Source: Bacteroidales bacterium (GTDB lineage: Bacteria; Bacteroidota; Bacteroidia; Bacteroidales; UBA4417). Taken from it: a DNA stretch of 64,000 bases. The position numbers were made by a program, and so were the translations under genes. The notes beneath the pieces were generated by a model that worked only from the letters and a program-made list of their open reading frames with translations, searched no databases and had not been told where the DNA came from. The stretch's first letter is position 1; the number at the start of each line of letters is the position of its first letter. The stretch is from positions 710,774-774,773 of the forward strand of contig OY782677.1 of assembly GCA_963677975.1 (NCBI GenBank). The letters are read 5' to 3'. Positions 39,172 through 49,004 of this stretch are shown one piece after another.

Positions 39172-39918
39172 TTAAGGTATAATGGGAATAGTACTGAGTT
39201 CCTGTAGTCCTGCGGCTGTTTGCCTGTATTGGTGCAATCCATCTTCACCAATCACAATGAGCCTGCCCTGCTGATAAATCACATCCATTGCTGAGATACC
39301 ATAAGTATGGCTTATTTCCACAGGTAGAAGCTTGTTGGCCACATTAATTACCCTCAACCCATTGTCGCATACATAAAGAGTATCGTTATTTATATCCAAA
39401 CCTAAAGGAGTGGTAAGACTCATTGTTTTTACAAGCTGCGGCGAATTCAGATTATTTATATTTATTATCTGCAGTTCATTCGTGCCATTGTTGCAGCGCT
39501 GGTTTGCCGTGTTCAGTGTTACATAGGCATAACCGTCGGCTGCAACCACGGGGTCGCAGGAACGTATATGCTGAAAGTAGGTCAGCTGCTGTGGATTTGC
39601 AGGATCGCTGATACTGAATACAAACATGCCGGTTTCAGTGCCAAGCAGTAAGGAATTGTTATAGGGATATATGGTTTCGGTATATATACCAAGTGATTTA
39701 TCCGAGCGTTTTACAGGATGTTCACCATCGCCAAGGCTGAAGGTATGGAGGGTCGATTGATCAACAGTGTATAGATAGTCACCCGCAATGGTAAACCGGG
39801 CCATTGATCCCCCCTGGCCCGAAACATCACCACCCGAATCGTTTTTTTCGCTCATGGCGCAGGCTGTCATTAACAATGTAATGGCCGACAGCAATATATA
39901 TGTTTTTAACGTTTTCAT
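39172..39918 (-). CDS. LVIVD-repeat (beta-propeller) lipoprotein
   Basis: Lipobox MTAC, GQGGSMARFTI.GDYLYTVD, ETIYP, SCDPVV..DGYAYVTL. The likely start is ATG 39918. Confidence 0.8.
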   Translation of the reverse strand: MKTLKTYILLSAITLLMTACAMSEKNDSGGDVSGQGGSMARFTIAGDYLYTVDQSTLHTFSLGDGEHPVKRSDKSLGIYTETIYPYNNSLLLGTETGMFVFSISDPANPQQLTYFQHIRSCDPVVAADGYAYVTLNTANQRCNNGTNELQIININNLNSPQLVKTMSLTTPLGLDINNDTLYVCDNGLRVINVANKLLPVEISHTYGISAMDVIYQQGRLIVIGEDGLHQYRQTAAGLQELSTIPIIP

Positions 39919-39929
39919 CTCCGGGAAGT

Positions 39930-40442
39930 TTAGCTTTTCTTTTTCCATGCAACAAGAACACCGTTTTGCGGCCTGAACCGCTCAACCATATAGGGTGACC
40001 AGTAGCCATCAGGCGAAGCAATTTCGGGGAAAGCAGCCCTCACCCTTTCGGTAACCTGTATGCTGGCAAAATTGTTGGTAGTTTTTAGTGCAAGCAGGTC
40101 GATGGCATTATCGGCATACAGAATATCGTTCTTCATGGCCATATCAATACATCCATCGATATGAATAAAATACTTGTTTTGTGGCAACGATGGATTGCTG
40201 TTATCGATCACATGAATTCCCTTGTATTTCTCATTTACAAGGATATACTGTTTATAAAGATAAATTTTACCGGTAACCGAGAGTGGCCGGGCCGGTTCTA
40301 TGCGCACTGCATTTTCCATTTCGGATCGTTGCATATATACAGGCGAATAATCCCCGTATGATACCGGGTCGGAGCCGGATAAAACTATTCCTGTACCTAT
40401 ACACAGGAGGGTGAAAAGTATGGCAAAAACCGGGTTTTTCAT
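39930..40442 (-). CDS. Secreted hypothetical protein, partner of the LVIVD-repeat protein
   Basis: Y.PVYM.R, TGKIYLY...VNEKYKGIHVIDNSNP, FIHIDGCIDMAMK..LYADN. Confidence 0.75.
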   Translation of the reverse strand: MKNPVFAILFTLLCIGTGIVLSGSDPVSYGDYSPVYMQRSEMENAVRIEPARPLSVTGKIYLYKQYILVNEKYKGIHVIDNSNPSLPQNKYFIHIDGCIDMAMKNDILYADNAIDLLALKTTNNFASIQVTERVRAAFPEIASPDGYWSPYMVERFRPQNGVLVAWKKKS

Positions 40443-40623
40443 TTTTTCATATTGTTTTAAGGTTATAACCTGGATACCGTTTTATAATTGTTTAAAAGGG
40501 AGAATAGAATTGGTGTTCACAGCAAGCCGGGTTTCCGGCCTGAAAAAACATTGTATATACAATATACACCTCAGTAGCCCTTTACCCTGATGTGATTTGA
40601 GGAAATAAAATTACTCTTTAACA

Positions 40624-40638
40624 GGGATATTCAGGAAT
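40624..40638 (+). repeat. Solo copy of the IS5-like terminal repeat
   Basis: GGGATATTCAGGAAT is identical to 32838-32852. No transposase lies nearby. Confidence 0.6.
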
Positions 40639-40891
40639 TATTATCTGAATTAATGCAAATCAGGAGTTTAAAAGAAAATAGTATGAAAATGCAACAAGAC
40701 ATGACAGACTTATTACACCACTTCGTGGGTTGTGCGCGTTTCCTCCTTCATTTTATACAATCATAGCGACCACCGCGGTAATAAAATCCAATTCCTGATT
40801 CGTATTTTTAAGGGATTCATAATTCGCAAATCAAAATTCGCAAATTAAAAATATCTACCTTCGCAGCCCCAAAAACAAAACATATAAATTT

Positions 40892-41476
40892 ATGAAAGAC
40901 ATCAGTTATGCTTTAGGCTTAAGTATTGCAAGTAATCTGAAAAATTCATGTGTTGAAGCACTTGATATTGCTCATTTTACAAAAGGCCTGAATGCAATCT
41001 TAAACAACGAGGAAATTACTATGACGCCCGATGAGGTGAACCATATACTGAACGAGTTCTTCGAAGGCATGCAGAAAAAAGCCGAAGGCAATAACCTCGA
41101 AGCAGGAAACGCTTTCCTGGCCGAAAATAAGGCCAAAGCCGGGGTTATTGAAACTCCCAGCGGACTGCAGTACACAGTAATTACCGAAGGAAGCGGTGTT
41201 AAAGCCACAGCAAAAAACCAGGTTAAGGTTCATTATACCGGAACCCTGATCGATGGTACCGTATTCGACAGTTCGGTTAGCCGCGGCGAACCGGCTACAT
41301 TCGGGGTGACCCAGGTTATTTCAGGATGGGTAGAGGGATTGCAGCTTATGTCGAAAGGTTCGAAATACAGGTTCTTTATTCCTTCGAACCTCGCATATGG
41401 GGCACAAGGCGCCGGAAAGGCAATTGGTCCTCATGCAGCTTTGATTTTTGATGTGGAATTACTGGAGATATTGTAA
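40892..41476 (+). CDS. FKBP-type peptidyl-prolyl cis-trans isomerase
   Basis: SYALG, FLAENK...TPSGLQY, VKVHYTGTLIDGTVFDSS, VISGWVEGL, LAYG, LIFDVELL. Confidence 0.96.
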   Translation: MKDISYALGLSIASNLKNSCVEALDIAHFTKGLNAILNNEEITMTPDEVNHILNEFFEGMQKKAEGNNLEAGNAFLAENKAKAGVIETPSGLQYTVITEGSGVKATAKNQVKVHYTGTLIDGTVFDSSVSRGEPATFGVTQVISGWVEGLQLMSKGSKYRFFIPSNLAYGAQGAGKAIGPHAALIFDVELLEIL

Positions 41477-41494
41477 TTTAATTCAAGCAAGTAC

Positions 41495-41530
41495 AAAAAC
41501 CGCCCAAAATTAGACTTGAGGCGGTTTTTT
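41495..41530. terminator. Bidirectional Rho-independent terminator
   Basis: AAAAACCGCC...GGCGGTTTTTT between convergent genes. Confidence 0.75.
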
Positions 41531-41575
41531 AATTGCTATGAAGAAAGTAGAATCTGACTTATTTGAATATTAACT

Positions 41576-42637
41576 TTACCAAACCGGGATGAATTTGAAT
41601 GTAAATTCAGCCCTGTAGGTAGGGATTTCATCTTTTGTAACAGTTTGATTAACAGTAAAATATCTGCGTTTATTAATGGCAACTACTTTATCCGATATGG
41701 GGATAATTACCTGTTCCCCATGATTATCGAACCCTATGTAGCTAATGATTTTTAAATCGGCCGGGTTATCCGTTTTCTGGCAACACAATACAATACTGGC
41801 ATCAGCCATCGACTTTGCAAATGTTTTATCGCCATCTAACAATTCTAAAAGAGGTTTTGGGAAATTTTCTCCCTTGCCGGTTACAACACTTTCAATACAT
41901 GCAAATGGGAAAGTTAACCGATCATCATAGTCAATCGTCATGCATTTGTTTTCCAGCTCCAATTGGTTGAGCATAATATAGAAATTTTCCCAGGTTGCCC
42001 TGCCTTTCATCGTTACTATTTCATCCCCACTATGCCAGCTGATTCTAGCCTCGGCAATTGCCATCCATTTAACCGAACAGGGATTGCATCCTTTTTTTAA
42101 TATCTCATCGATCATCGCCTGGAGTTTGCGATCGGTTTCAGCTCCTGATAGTCCAACCAATTCTCTTTGTGCAAGCGCTTTCATCAGGCAATTCAGAAAT
42201 TCTTTGCATAAGGCATCCCCGACCGGGGGCTTGGTATTCGAAAGTTGAGTCGTCCATTGATCAATTGCTTCAATTGCCCTGTTCATTGCTACTTCGGGGT
42301 ATTTATTCCCTACACCCAGGTATTCAGCCCTGGTACCTAATTTCATAAGGCAATCAATATATTCGGTGGTAGGATTGGGCATGCAGAACTGCCCCTGAGG
42401 GCCGGGAATAGGAATGCTGACTGCTAAAGAAATATCTTCCATTACCAGCATTCCGGCATCCTGCATCAATTTGTCAGACTGAGCTTCATTCCCGCTGTTA
42501 GCCTGATTTTCGGCTTCTTTCAACAGGTTTTCGTACTCGGCATCAGAATGAGTACCACATTGTTGCGCAAAAAGGAGTTTGCCCGAAAACAATACTATTG
42601 AAATCAAGACACAGCTTATAATTATGTTTTTCATCAA
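41576..42637 (-). CDS. Secreted cysteine-rich hypothetical protein
   Basis: Signal peptide ending LFA-QQ and many Cys. Lies 15 nt downstream of the OmpA gene, so probably co-transcribed. Confidence 0.7.
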   Translation of the reverse strand: MMKNIIISCVLISIVLFSGKLLFAQQCGTHSDAEYENLLKEAENQANSGNEAQSDKLMQDAGMLVMEDISLAVSIPIPGPQGQFCMPNPTTEYIDCLMKLGTRAEYLGVGNKYPEVAMNRAIEAIDQWTTQLSNTKPPVGDALCKEFLNCLMKALAQRELVGLSGAETDRKLQAMIDEILKKGCNPCSVKWMAIAEARISWHSGDEIVTMKGRATWENFYIMLNQLELENKCMTIDYDDRLTFPFACIESVVTGKGENFPKPLLELLDGDKTFAKSMADASIVLCCQKTDNPADLKIISYIGFDNHGEQVIIPISDKVVAINKRRYFTVNQTVTKDEIPTYRAEFTFKFIPVW

Positions 42638-42652
42638 ATCCGTCCTTATGGA

Positions 42653-43717
42653 TTAAAACTTCACGAATTCAACCCTGCGGTTTTGTGCTTTGCCTTCGGG
42701 AGTATCATTGCCTGCCATAGGTTCGCTCTCGCCCAGACCTTTGCTGGTGAGACGCGAATTTTCAATTCCCAGTTTAACCATTAGATCCATAACTGTTTTG
42801 GCACGGGCTTCCGAAAGCCTGAGGTTCGAAACATCGTCGCCATCGCTGTCGGTATGGCCTTCGACAGAAAATTTCAATTCAGGGTGGTCACTCATCATTT
42901 TGACCACATAATTTATGATTCCCAATGATTCCGGTTTGATAGTGGCTTTGTTAACATCAAACTTAATACCGGTAGTCACGAATTTACCATTGGTAAGGAA
43001 TTTGTCGTAAAGAGGAACGGAGCCTTTGGCTACGCGGACATTTTTAATGAAAGGTTTACTTGTACCGCTTGTGTTATGTGCGGTTAGCATAATTCCCGTT
43101 GGGTTAAAATCGCAATTAGGGATATTAAGCAAACGCGTATCGTCAAGATATCCTTTCAGTGCTCTTTTGTTAAACGAAATAGCTACATGACGCCATCCGG
43201 CTATGGGTTTCAATTCATTCTGACCTGGATACGTATCCCCCATTTGATTGAATTCCAGTCTATTAAAAGTAATTTTTATTGGTTTGGAAGGAGACATAAT
43301 TTTAACCTGATTCTTTACATCATAAAGAAAAAGAAAATATGTGCGGTTATCAGGTTTCTTATCATAGAAATAACAATCAAACTCAACAGTAAATTCGTCG
43401 GGAAGATAATCCTGCGTTCTGTTTTTTAACATTGGAAATATAGCTTCAGGCACATTTGCATTTGTTTTCTGGAAACATACTACCATATCATCACCGAACT
43501 GTGCCATTTCAATTACCCCTTTGGTCATATCCCAACGAGAAGGAAATTCACCATTCTTTTCCCCACTAAAATCATCCTCAAAAATAATTTCAGTACCAGA
43601 AACAAAATCGTATTTCGACCATTGAAGTGAGGGTTCCTGATTTCCAGGGCTGATTTGAGCATAAGATGTTAGGCTTACAGCCAAGAATAGTAGGATGAAA
43701 ATGGAATGTTTTTTCAT
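42653..43717 (-). CDS. OmpA-family protein with lectin-like N-terminal region
   Basis: YDFVSG..IFEDDF...GEFPSRW, W.HVAIS, and a C-terminal OmpA domain IKFDVNKA...VEGHTDSDG...LSEARA...NRRVEF. Confidence 0.9.
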   Translation of the reverse strand: MKKHSIFILLFLAVSLTSYAQISPGNQEPSLQWSKYDFVSGTEIIFEDDFSGEKNGEFPSRWDMTKGVIEMAQFGDDMVVCFQKTNANVPEAIFPMLKNRTQDYLPDEFTVEFDCYFYDKKPDNRTYFLFLYDVKNQVKIMSPSKPIKITFNRLEFNQMGDTYPGQNELKPIAGWRHVAISFNKRALKGYLDDTRLLNIPNCDFNPTGIMLTAHNTSGTSKPFIKNVRVAKGSVPLYDKFLTNGKFVTTGIKFDVNKATIKPESLGIINYVVKMMSDHPELKFSVEGHTDSDGDDVSNLRLSEARAKTVMDLMVKLGIENSRLTSKGLGESEPMAGNDTPEGKAQNRRVEFVKF

Positions 43718-43971
43718 TCGTTGAGAGGGAGTTTAGTTAGTAAAGGGGGAAGAATAAATTATTTAAATATCAGATATACTAATTTCTTATACAAAATTAA
43801 ATATTTTAACATGCAAAACATATAGATACTAAAAATAATCGCATATTAAAATTCTTCCGAAATATCAATTGTTATATACCTGACACTAAAGGTCTTGAAT
43901 TCAAATGGGCGGTGTTACACCATTTGATACTTAATCTCTTCTTTGTACTTTCACGATGCTTGTATAAAAAT

Positions 43972-44015
43972 AAATACCCCGAAATTCGACTTTTTGTGCT
44001 TGTTTCGGGGTATTT
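43972..44015. terminator. Inverted repeat, possible terminator of satP
   Basis: AAATACCCCGAAA-N18-TTTCGGGGTATTT. Confidence 0.55.
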
Positions 44016-44149
44016 CATTGTGCTATTTATCAACACTAGTTATTAATAACAGGCATTATGTTTATTGATGAAAGTTCAGGAAAAATGGCCGGTTTTCCTT
44101 TAAATACTAATGCATGAAGGCTGTATGCAGATACTATAATTAGAACCGT

Positions 44150-44713
44150 CTACCTGATAAGGGGTTCTCCCATTTTAAGAACTGTTTTACCTGCCAGGTC
44201 ATTGATAATAATTGCCGCCATCATATACCATGCCGACATTGCACATACGATCAGCTCAAATCCGGCTATTATATTAAATGCTTCATTGCCGAAATGGCCC
44301 AGATAAAGCAGAATAAAACCAAGAAGCAGAGTGCCTAAAGTTATTGCCATTGCTTTATGAATACGCAACGAAGCCACAAACATGATTGCAGTATAAAGAG
44401 TCCAGGCTACAAGATAAAAGCCGACATCCGTTTTAGATGCCTCATAAATTTTGAACGCGTTCAGCATCCATATAATTCCGAGCCCTATCCAGAATGAACC
44501 ATAGGCAACAAAAGCACTGTAGCCGAAATTATTGCCCATCTTTTGCTCCTGGAAACCGGCTATCATCTGAGCCAGTCCTCCGAAAATAAAACCCATGGCT
44601 ACCACTGGTCCAAGACCGATAAGCCCGAGATTATGAAATTGAAGTAAAAGGGTTGTCATACCAAAGCCAGCCAGCCCAACCACGGCCGGGTTCCCGTTTT
44701 TCTTATCTGTCAT
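44150..44713 (-). CDS. satP: Acetate uptake transporter (SatP/YaaH, GPR1/FUN34 family)
   Basis: GNPAVVGLAGFGMTT, GGLAQ.IAG..E, F.AYGSFW, six TM helices. Confidence 0.88.
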   Translation of the reverse strand: MTDKKNGNPAVVGLAGFGMTTLLLQFHNLGLIGLGPVVAMGFIFGGLAQMIAGFQEQKMGNNFGYSAFVAYGSFWIGLGIIWMLNAFKIYEASKTDVGFYLVAWTLYTAIMFVASLRIHKAMAITLGTLLLGFILLYLGHFGNEAFNIIAGFELIVCAMSAWYMMAAIIINDLAGKTVLKMGEPLIR

Positions 44714-44849
44714 GAGTTCTTGGTGATTAATGTATCGGTAAATTTAGAAAATTTATTTCAAATCAGGAAACCTTTCAGTATCCTCTGCAAAAATCCGATT
44801 TTGTTATAGCTGCTTATTTTTTTTAACTTTGATTATAAATATACACGAT

Positions 44850-45548
44850 ATGAAATTCCCGGGATTTATCGAAGATTTTATATCCTTATTGTATCCAAGG
44901 GTATGCGCTGCCTGCGGCAATTCGCTTTTTAAACATGAAGAAATTATCTGCACGTTCTGCCTATATCATTTGCCAAAGACGAATTACCACCTGATGAAGG
45001 AAAGTCCGCTGGATAAAGTTTTCTGGGGTCGGGCTAGGCTGGCGAATACGGCCGCACTCTATAATTTCCAGAAAAAAAGCAAAGTCCAGCACCTTATTCA
45101 CCAGCTGAAATACAAAGGCCGCATGGACGTTGGTATTCATCTAGGTAAAATTCTTGGCGCCGACCTGCTGAAAGCCGAAGCATTCAGTGATGTAACCAAG
45201 GTGGTTCCAGTGCCTTTGCATCCGGGAAAGCAACGCAAAAGAGGGTATAACCAGAGCGAACAGTTTGCTATTGGACTGGCTCAGGCCATGAATATCGAAA
45301 TGGATGCCACATCCTTTATCAGAACAACGAATACCGAAACCCAGACACGAAAATCGCGTTTCGCACGCTGGGAAAATGTAAAGGAAATCTTCAAGGTTAC
45401 AACTCCTGCAGAACTTGCCAACAGGCATATACTACTGGTTGATGATGTGATAACAACCGGGGCAACCCTCGAATCGGCTGCACATATCCTGCTGAGTATC
45501 GAGGGTGTGAAACTAAGCGTGGCATGCATCGGGTTTGCGAGGGATTAG
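44850..45548 (+). CDS. comF: ComF-family phosphoribosyltransferase-like protein
   Basis: YP..CAAC...ICTFC, LKY, VPVPLH...RGYNQS, LLVDDVITTGATL. The likely start is ATG 44850. Confidence 0.92.
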   Translation: MKFPGFIEDFISLLYPRVCAACGNSLFKHEEIICTFCLYHLPKTNYHLMKESPLDKVFWGRARLANTAALYNFQKKSKVQHLIHQLKYKGRMDVGIHLGKILGADLLKAEAFSDVTKVVPVPLHPGKQRKRGYNQSEQFAIGLAQAMNIEMDATSFIRTTNTETQTRKSRFARWENVKEIFKVTTPAELANRHILLVDDVITTGATLESAAHILLSIEGVKLSVACIGFARD

Positions 45549-45615
45549 GCTCGGTTTGAAGAATCAGGGAGATTTACGTCCCTAATAAAGAAAGCAAATA
45601 AAATGTTTCCCATTG

Positions 45616-45656
45616 AGTCACCCCTCTCCTCAAGGAGAGGGGCCGGGGGTGAGGTC
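45616..45656 (+). repeat. REP-like palindromic repeat, copy 1
   Basis: AGTCACCCCTCTCCTCAAGGAGAGGGGCCGGGGGTGAGGTC, containing the hairpin CCCCTCTCC-N4-GGAGAGGGG. Confidence 0.85.
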
Positions 45657-45671
45657 GACAAAAGATAATTT

Positions 45672-46067
45672 TTAAGTATTTTCGTTCAACCACCGTTCTA
45701 TTTTTTCAAGTACCTTTTCAATCTCATTTTCAATTTCATTATTTGTAACTCTTTCCACTCTTATTCCAAGTTGCTCCAGTTCAAATGTGCGGTTGCTATC
45801 TCTATCTGAGACGTCCTCATTACCATGTATTCCCCCATCAACTTCAATGCATAACCGGGCCTTATGGCAATAAAAGTCAAGAATGAACTTATCAGCAGGA
45901 TGCTGCCGCCTGAATTTATAGCCTTTAAATCTTCTGCCTCGTAATTGAGCCCAGAGTGTCCCCTCCGCTTCAGTCATATTAAGCCGTAATATGCGCGCCT
46001 GTTCCACCAGCTGCCTTGATGCCCCAAACATGACATCAAATTGTATATTTCTTCTGGTATAAACCAT
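45672..46067 (-). CDS. DUF559 (Vsr-like PD-(D/E)xK) endonuclease-domain protein
   Basis: AR.LR..MTEAE..LW..LR...GYKFRRQHP...ILDFYC..ARLCIEVDG.IH......D..R...L...GI.V.R. Confidence 0.93.
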   Translation of the reverse strand: MVYTRRNIQFDVMFGASRQLVEQARILRLNMTEAEGTLWAQLRGRRFKGYKFRRQHPADKFILDFYCHKARLCIEVDGGIHGNEDVSDRDSNRTFELEQLGIRVERVTNNEIENEIEKVLEKIERWLNENT

Positions 46068-46091
46068 ATTAATTAATGAATACTGTTTTTT

Positions 46092-46135
46092 GACCTCACC
46101 CCCCTGCCCCCCCTCTCCTGAAACAGGAGAGGGGG
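46092..46135 (-). repeat. REP-like palindromic repeat, copy 2 (inverted)
   Basis: GACCTCACCCCCC...CCCCTCTCCTG-AAA-CAGGAGAGGGG is a reverse-complement variant of copy 1. Confidence 0.8.
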
Positions 46136-46197
46136 AGGAATTCCTTTTCCAGTCTCTGTTGCCCCAAACTACATTTTATACAAATAACAGGTAATAT

Positions 46198-46238
46198 AGT
46201 CACCCCTCTCCTTCAGGAGAGGGGCCGGGGGAGAGGTC
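46198..46238 (+). repeat. REP-like palindromic repeat, copy 3
   Basis: AGTCACCCCTCTCCTTCAGGAGAGGGGCCGGGGGAGAGGTC differs from copy 1 only in the loop and one tail base. Confidence 0.85.
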
Positions 46239-46243
46239 CCTTA

Positions 46244-48841
46244 TTATAATTTCCCACCCAAAACCGTCGCCTTCTTATACCTCCTCACATTCCCCTGCAT
46301 ATCAAATATTTCAACAAAAACGATATAGCGCCCGATCGGGGCTTTCAGCCTGTCGTTGGTAATACCGTCCCATGAAAATGAGCCCGAAGTCCCGCACAAT
46401 TCGTTACTCACAAGGTTTCGTACTAGGTGGCCGGTGGCATCGTAAATAGTTACAGTAGCATTGTTCCCGCTTGCGCCGAACGAGTATGCAATAGTGAGAT
46501 TATCGTTGTAGCCGTCATTGTCAGGCGAGAATATATCAGGCGAAAGAGTTATTTCATTTTCATCAGCTATCAAAATCCCGAACTGGGAGTTTTTATAAGC
46601 CGGTGTGGCATAGCCCACCGATGCACTAGCCGAATGCCAGTTGGTTTTGTCGCCCGAAGGCCTTTCGGGGCTGATCCGTTCGAGTGAAACCCCATCAACA
46701 TTTGTGAGCAAAGGATATTGCATACCTGCACTGTAGGCAACCAGGTCGATAACATCTCCGCCTTTGGTGGTTATCGCTACTACACCATCTTCGTTGTTCA
46801 TTGCCGGAAATGAAGTCAGATTTATAAATCCCTGTTTATTAGGCGTATAATAATTTTTATTTATCGAAATGCTGTCAGTGGAGAGCGCAAAATAATCTCC
46901 CGGGAGGATAAGGTAAGGCATTTTACTGATTTCGTTGTAATCGGTAATTGCATGGTTTATAGTGTCGTAATTAGCCAACACCAGGTCTTTAAGGTCAATT
47001 ACTTTGGATGAGCGGTTAAGTATTTCAACAAAATCAACACAGCCTTCGGGAGGATCGTACAGCAATTCGTTAATCACAATATCAGTTGCAATGGCCGCCG
47101 ATGGAATTGCAAATCTGGCGGAAGTGCCGGTTAGAAGCTGATTCCCGGCGCAATCGGTAATACGGTTGGTGCTGGTAATTGTATAAAGCGTTCCGGTAAG
47201 CAGGGGCGAAGGCAGGTTGAGAAAAGCCTGTCGGAAATCAGGACTTTGAGCTTTTACCGATAAAGGATTCCCGATCCCGTTATCAATCATATAATTAGAT
47301 CTATCTGATATAAGTGTGCTGTCGCACGATTCGGTAAACCAAACGGTTATATGGGAAGCATCGTCAACGCCAACGCGGCTGATAGAAGGGGCAATAAGAT
47401 CCGGATTCGACGCTTTTACTGAATTTGCTTTGCCCGGGGTTCCTCCATCATTATTATTACAGGCAGTCCAGTTGGATGCATCACCACAGGGATTTAAGGG
47501 ATCGATCAATTCAAGCGACCAGCCGCCGTTCATTTTATAGCTGCTTTGGTACCAGTTGTCGGTATAGCTGACAGTATGTATTATATTCCCTGCGGCATTC
47601 AGCAGGGTAATGGTTCCGCCCGCATTGGTAACGGCAAAACTGCTGAAAGCCAGTACTTGCCCGTAAGGATCCAGTTGGGGTTTTAACCCGTCGTCGCATA
47701 AAATCACATAACCATCAGGCGGAAGGGTAAATTGTGGTAAAATCTTGTCGGAACTGCCAAGTTTAAGTACCCAGTTTTTCAACTCAACCGGGTAAGTACT
47801 CCGGTTGAATAACTCAACATACTCAGCATCAGGCAGATTAACCGGTGGAGACGGATCGGCCATAATTTCGTTGATCAGCACATCATATGATTTTACCTGG
47901 TGCCAGGCGAAAGGCAATTGAGCCACAAACATTGTATTACCGGCCAGGTCTTTTACATTTGAAACAGACAGCGTATACGACTGATCGGACAAAAAATTCT
48001 GGGCAAAAAAGAGGTGGATTATTGCCGGGTTGTTTATGTCCTGGCTTGCCGAAGCCGGTAAAAGCGATCCGGGAGCAACTGAATAGTTGTTTGTACTAGT
48101 TGCTGTTGAAGCAGAAACGGCTTCGCTGAATATAATTGTTAGTTCGTTGGCAGCGATTGCACTAACCGAAACTATAGTAGGCGGAGTATTATCAACAATT
48201 ATAGGGCCGGCATAAAAGTCATCAAAATAAAATTTCGTGCTGTTGCTGCTGGTAAATTTGCAGTAAACACCCGAGTAGCTTCCACCGGTATAAGTATTAT
48301 CGGCACCCGAAGCCTGCAGCAGGTAGTTGTTTCCCCCGACCTGGTCGGCATATACTTTCCAGTTTCCGCCTGTAGTGCGCACCACTTTCACTTTTATAGC
48401 AAAAGCAGCAGCAATAAAACCATCTGTTCCCCGGCAAACCACGGTATGTGTATTCCCCGACTGTCGCACCAGTTCAATGGCATCATTCGAACCCGCTTCG
48501 CCAAGTTTTATATAATATCCATTAAGCGGACCTTTTAAATCCTGCTGGTCGGACGAGATATAAACACGCACAAAATTGTTATCCGAAGGAGCGAACCCCA
48601 GTTTTACCCAGCAGCTCCATTCCATTTCCGATGAAGAAACAATGGGTACCGCCAGGGCCGTAGTTGCATCGCCTGTAGCATTAAGCTGCAGCTGAAAGGA
48701 AGTATTTACCTTGAAGGCTCCTGCATCTCCCGTCCAGGTTGGATTCGAGGTAAAATCACCATCCGAAAAGCTTTCGGTAAACTGGGGAAAAGAAACTTTA
48801 CGGATCAAAAGGAGGATGATTAAAAAGAGAATTTTTCGCAT
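46244..48841 (-). CDS. Lamin-tail-domain surface protein with type B T9SS (CHU_C) sorting domain
   Basis: Two LTD motifs (INEIMADP...EYVELFN and INELLYDP...FVEILN), Ig-like segments and C-terminal FSPDNDGYND...WDG...GRYIV. The likely start is ATG 48841. Confidence 0.88.
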   Translation of the reverse strand: MRKILFLIILLLIRKVSFPQFTESFSDGDFTSNPTWTGDAGAFKVNTSFQLQLNATGDATTALAVPIVSSSEMEWSCWVKLGFAPSDNNFVRVYISSDQQDLKGPLNGYYIKLGEAGSNDAIELVRQSGNTHTVVCRGTDGFIAAAFAIKVKVVRTTGGNWKVYADQVGGNNYLLQASGADNTYTGGSYSGVYCKFTSSNSTKFYFDDFYAGPIIVDNTPPTIVSVSAIAANELTIIFSEAVSASTATSTNNYSVAPGSLLPASASQDINNPAIIHLFFAQNFLSDQSYTLSVSNVKDLAGNTMFVAQLPFAWHQVKSYDVLINEIMADPSPPVNLPDAEYVELFNRSTYPVELKNWVLKLGSSDKILPQFTLPPDGYVILCDDGLKPQLDPYGQVLAFSSFAVTNAGGTITLLNAAGNIIHTVSYTDNWYQSSYKMNGGWSLELIDPLNPCGDASNWTACNNNDGGTPGKANSVKASNPDLIAPSISRVGVDDASHITVWFTESCDSTLISDRSNYMIDNGIGNPLSVKAQSPDFRQAFLNLPSPLLTGTLYTITSTNRITDCAGNQLLTGTSARFAIPSAAIATDIVINELLYDPPEGCVDFVEILNRSSKVIDLKDLVLANYDTINHAITDYNEISKMPYLILPGDYFALSTDSISINKNYYTPNKQGFINLTSFPAMNNEDGVVAITTKGGDVIDLVAYSAGMQYPLLTNVDGVSLERISPERPSGDKTNWHSASASVGYATPAYKNSQFGILIADENEITLSPDIFSPDNDGYNDNLTIAYSFGASGNNATVTIYDATGHLVRNLVSNELCGTSGSFSWDGITNDRLKAPIGRYIVFVEIFDMQGNVRRYKKATVLGGKL

Positions 48842-49004
48842 AATACAGAGTATTAACTTCCGTCTAGGGGAAAAGTAGTATTTTTGCACTCCTGATATTA
48901 AAACCTTGTAAAGATACAAAATTGCCTCCCCCGAAGCAAGTATCGTATTCATAATCAAATGATAGCAGCGTTTTTTTTAGGAATAACAAATAATTCAAAC
49001 ACAT

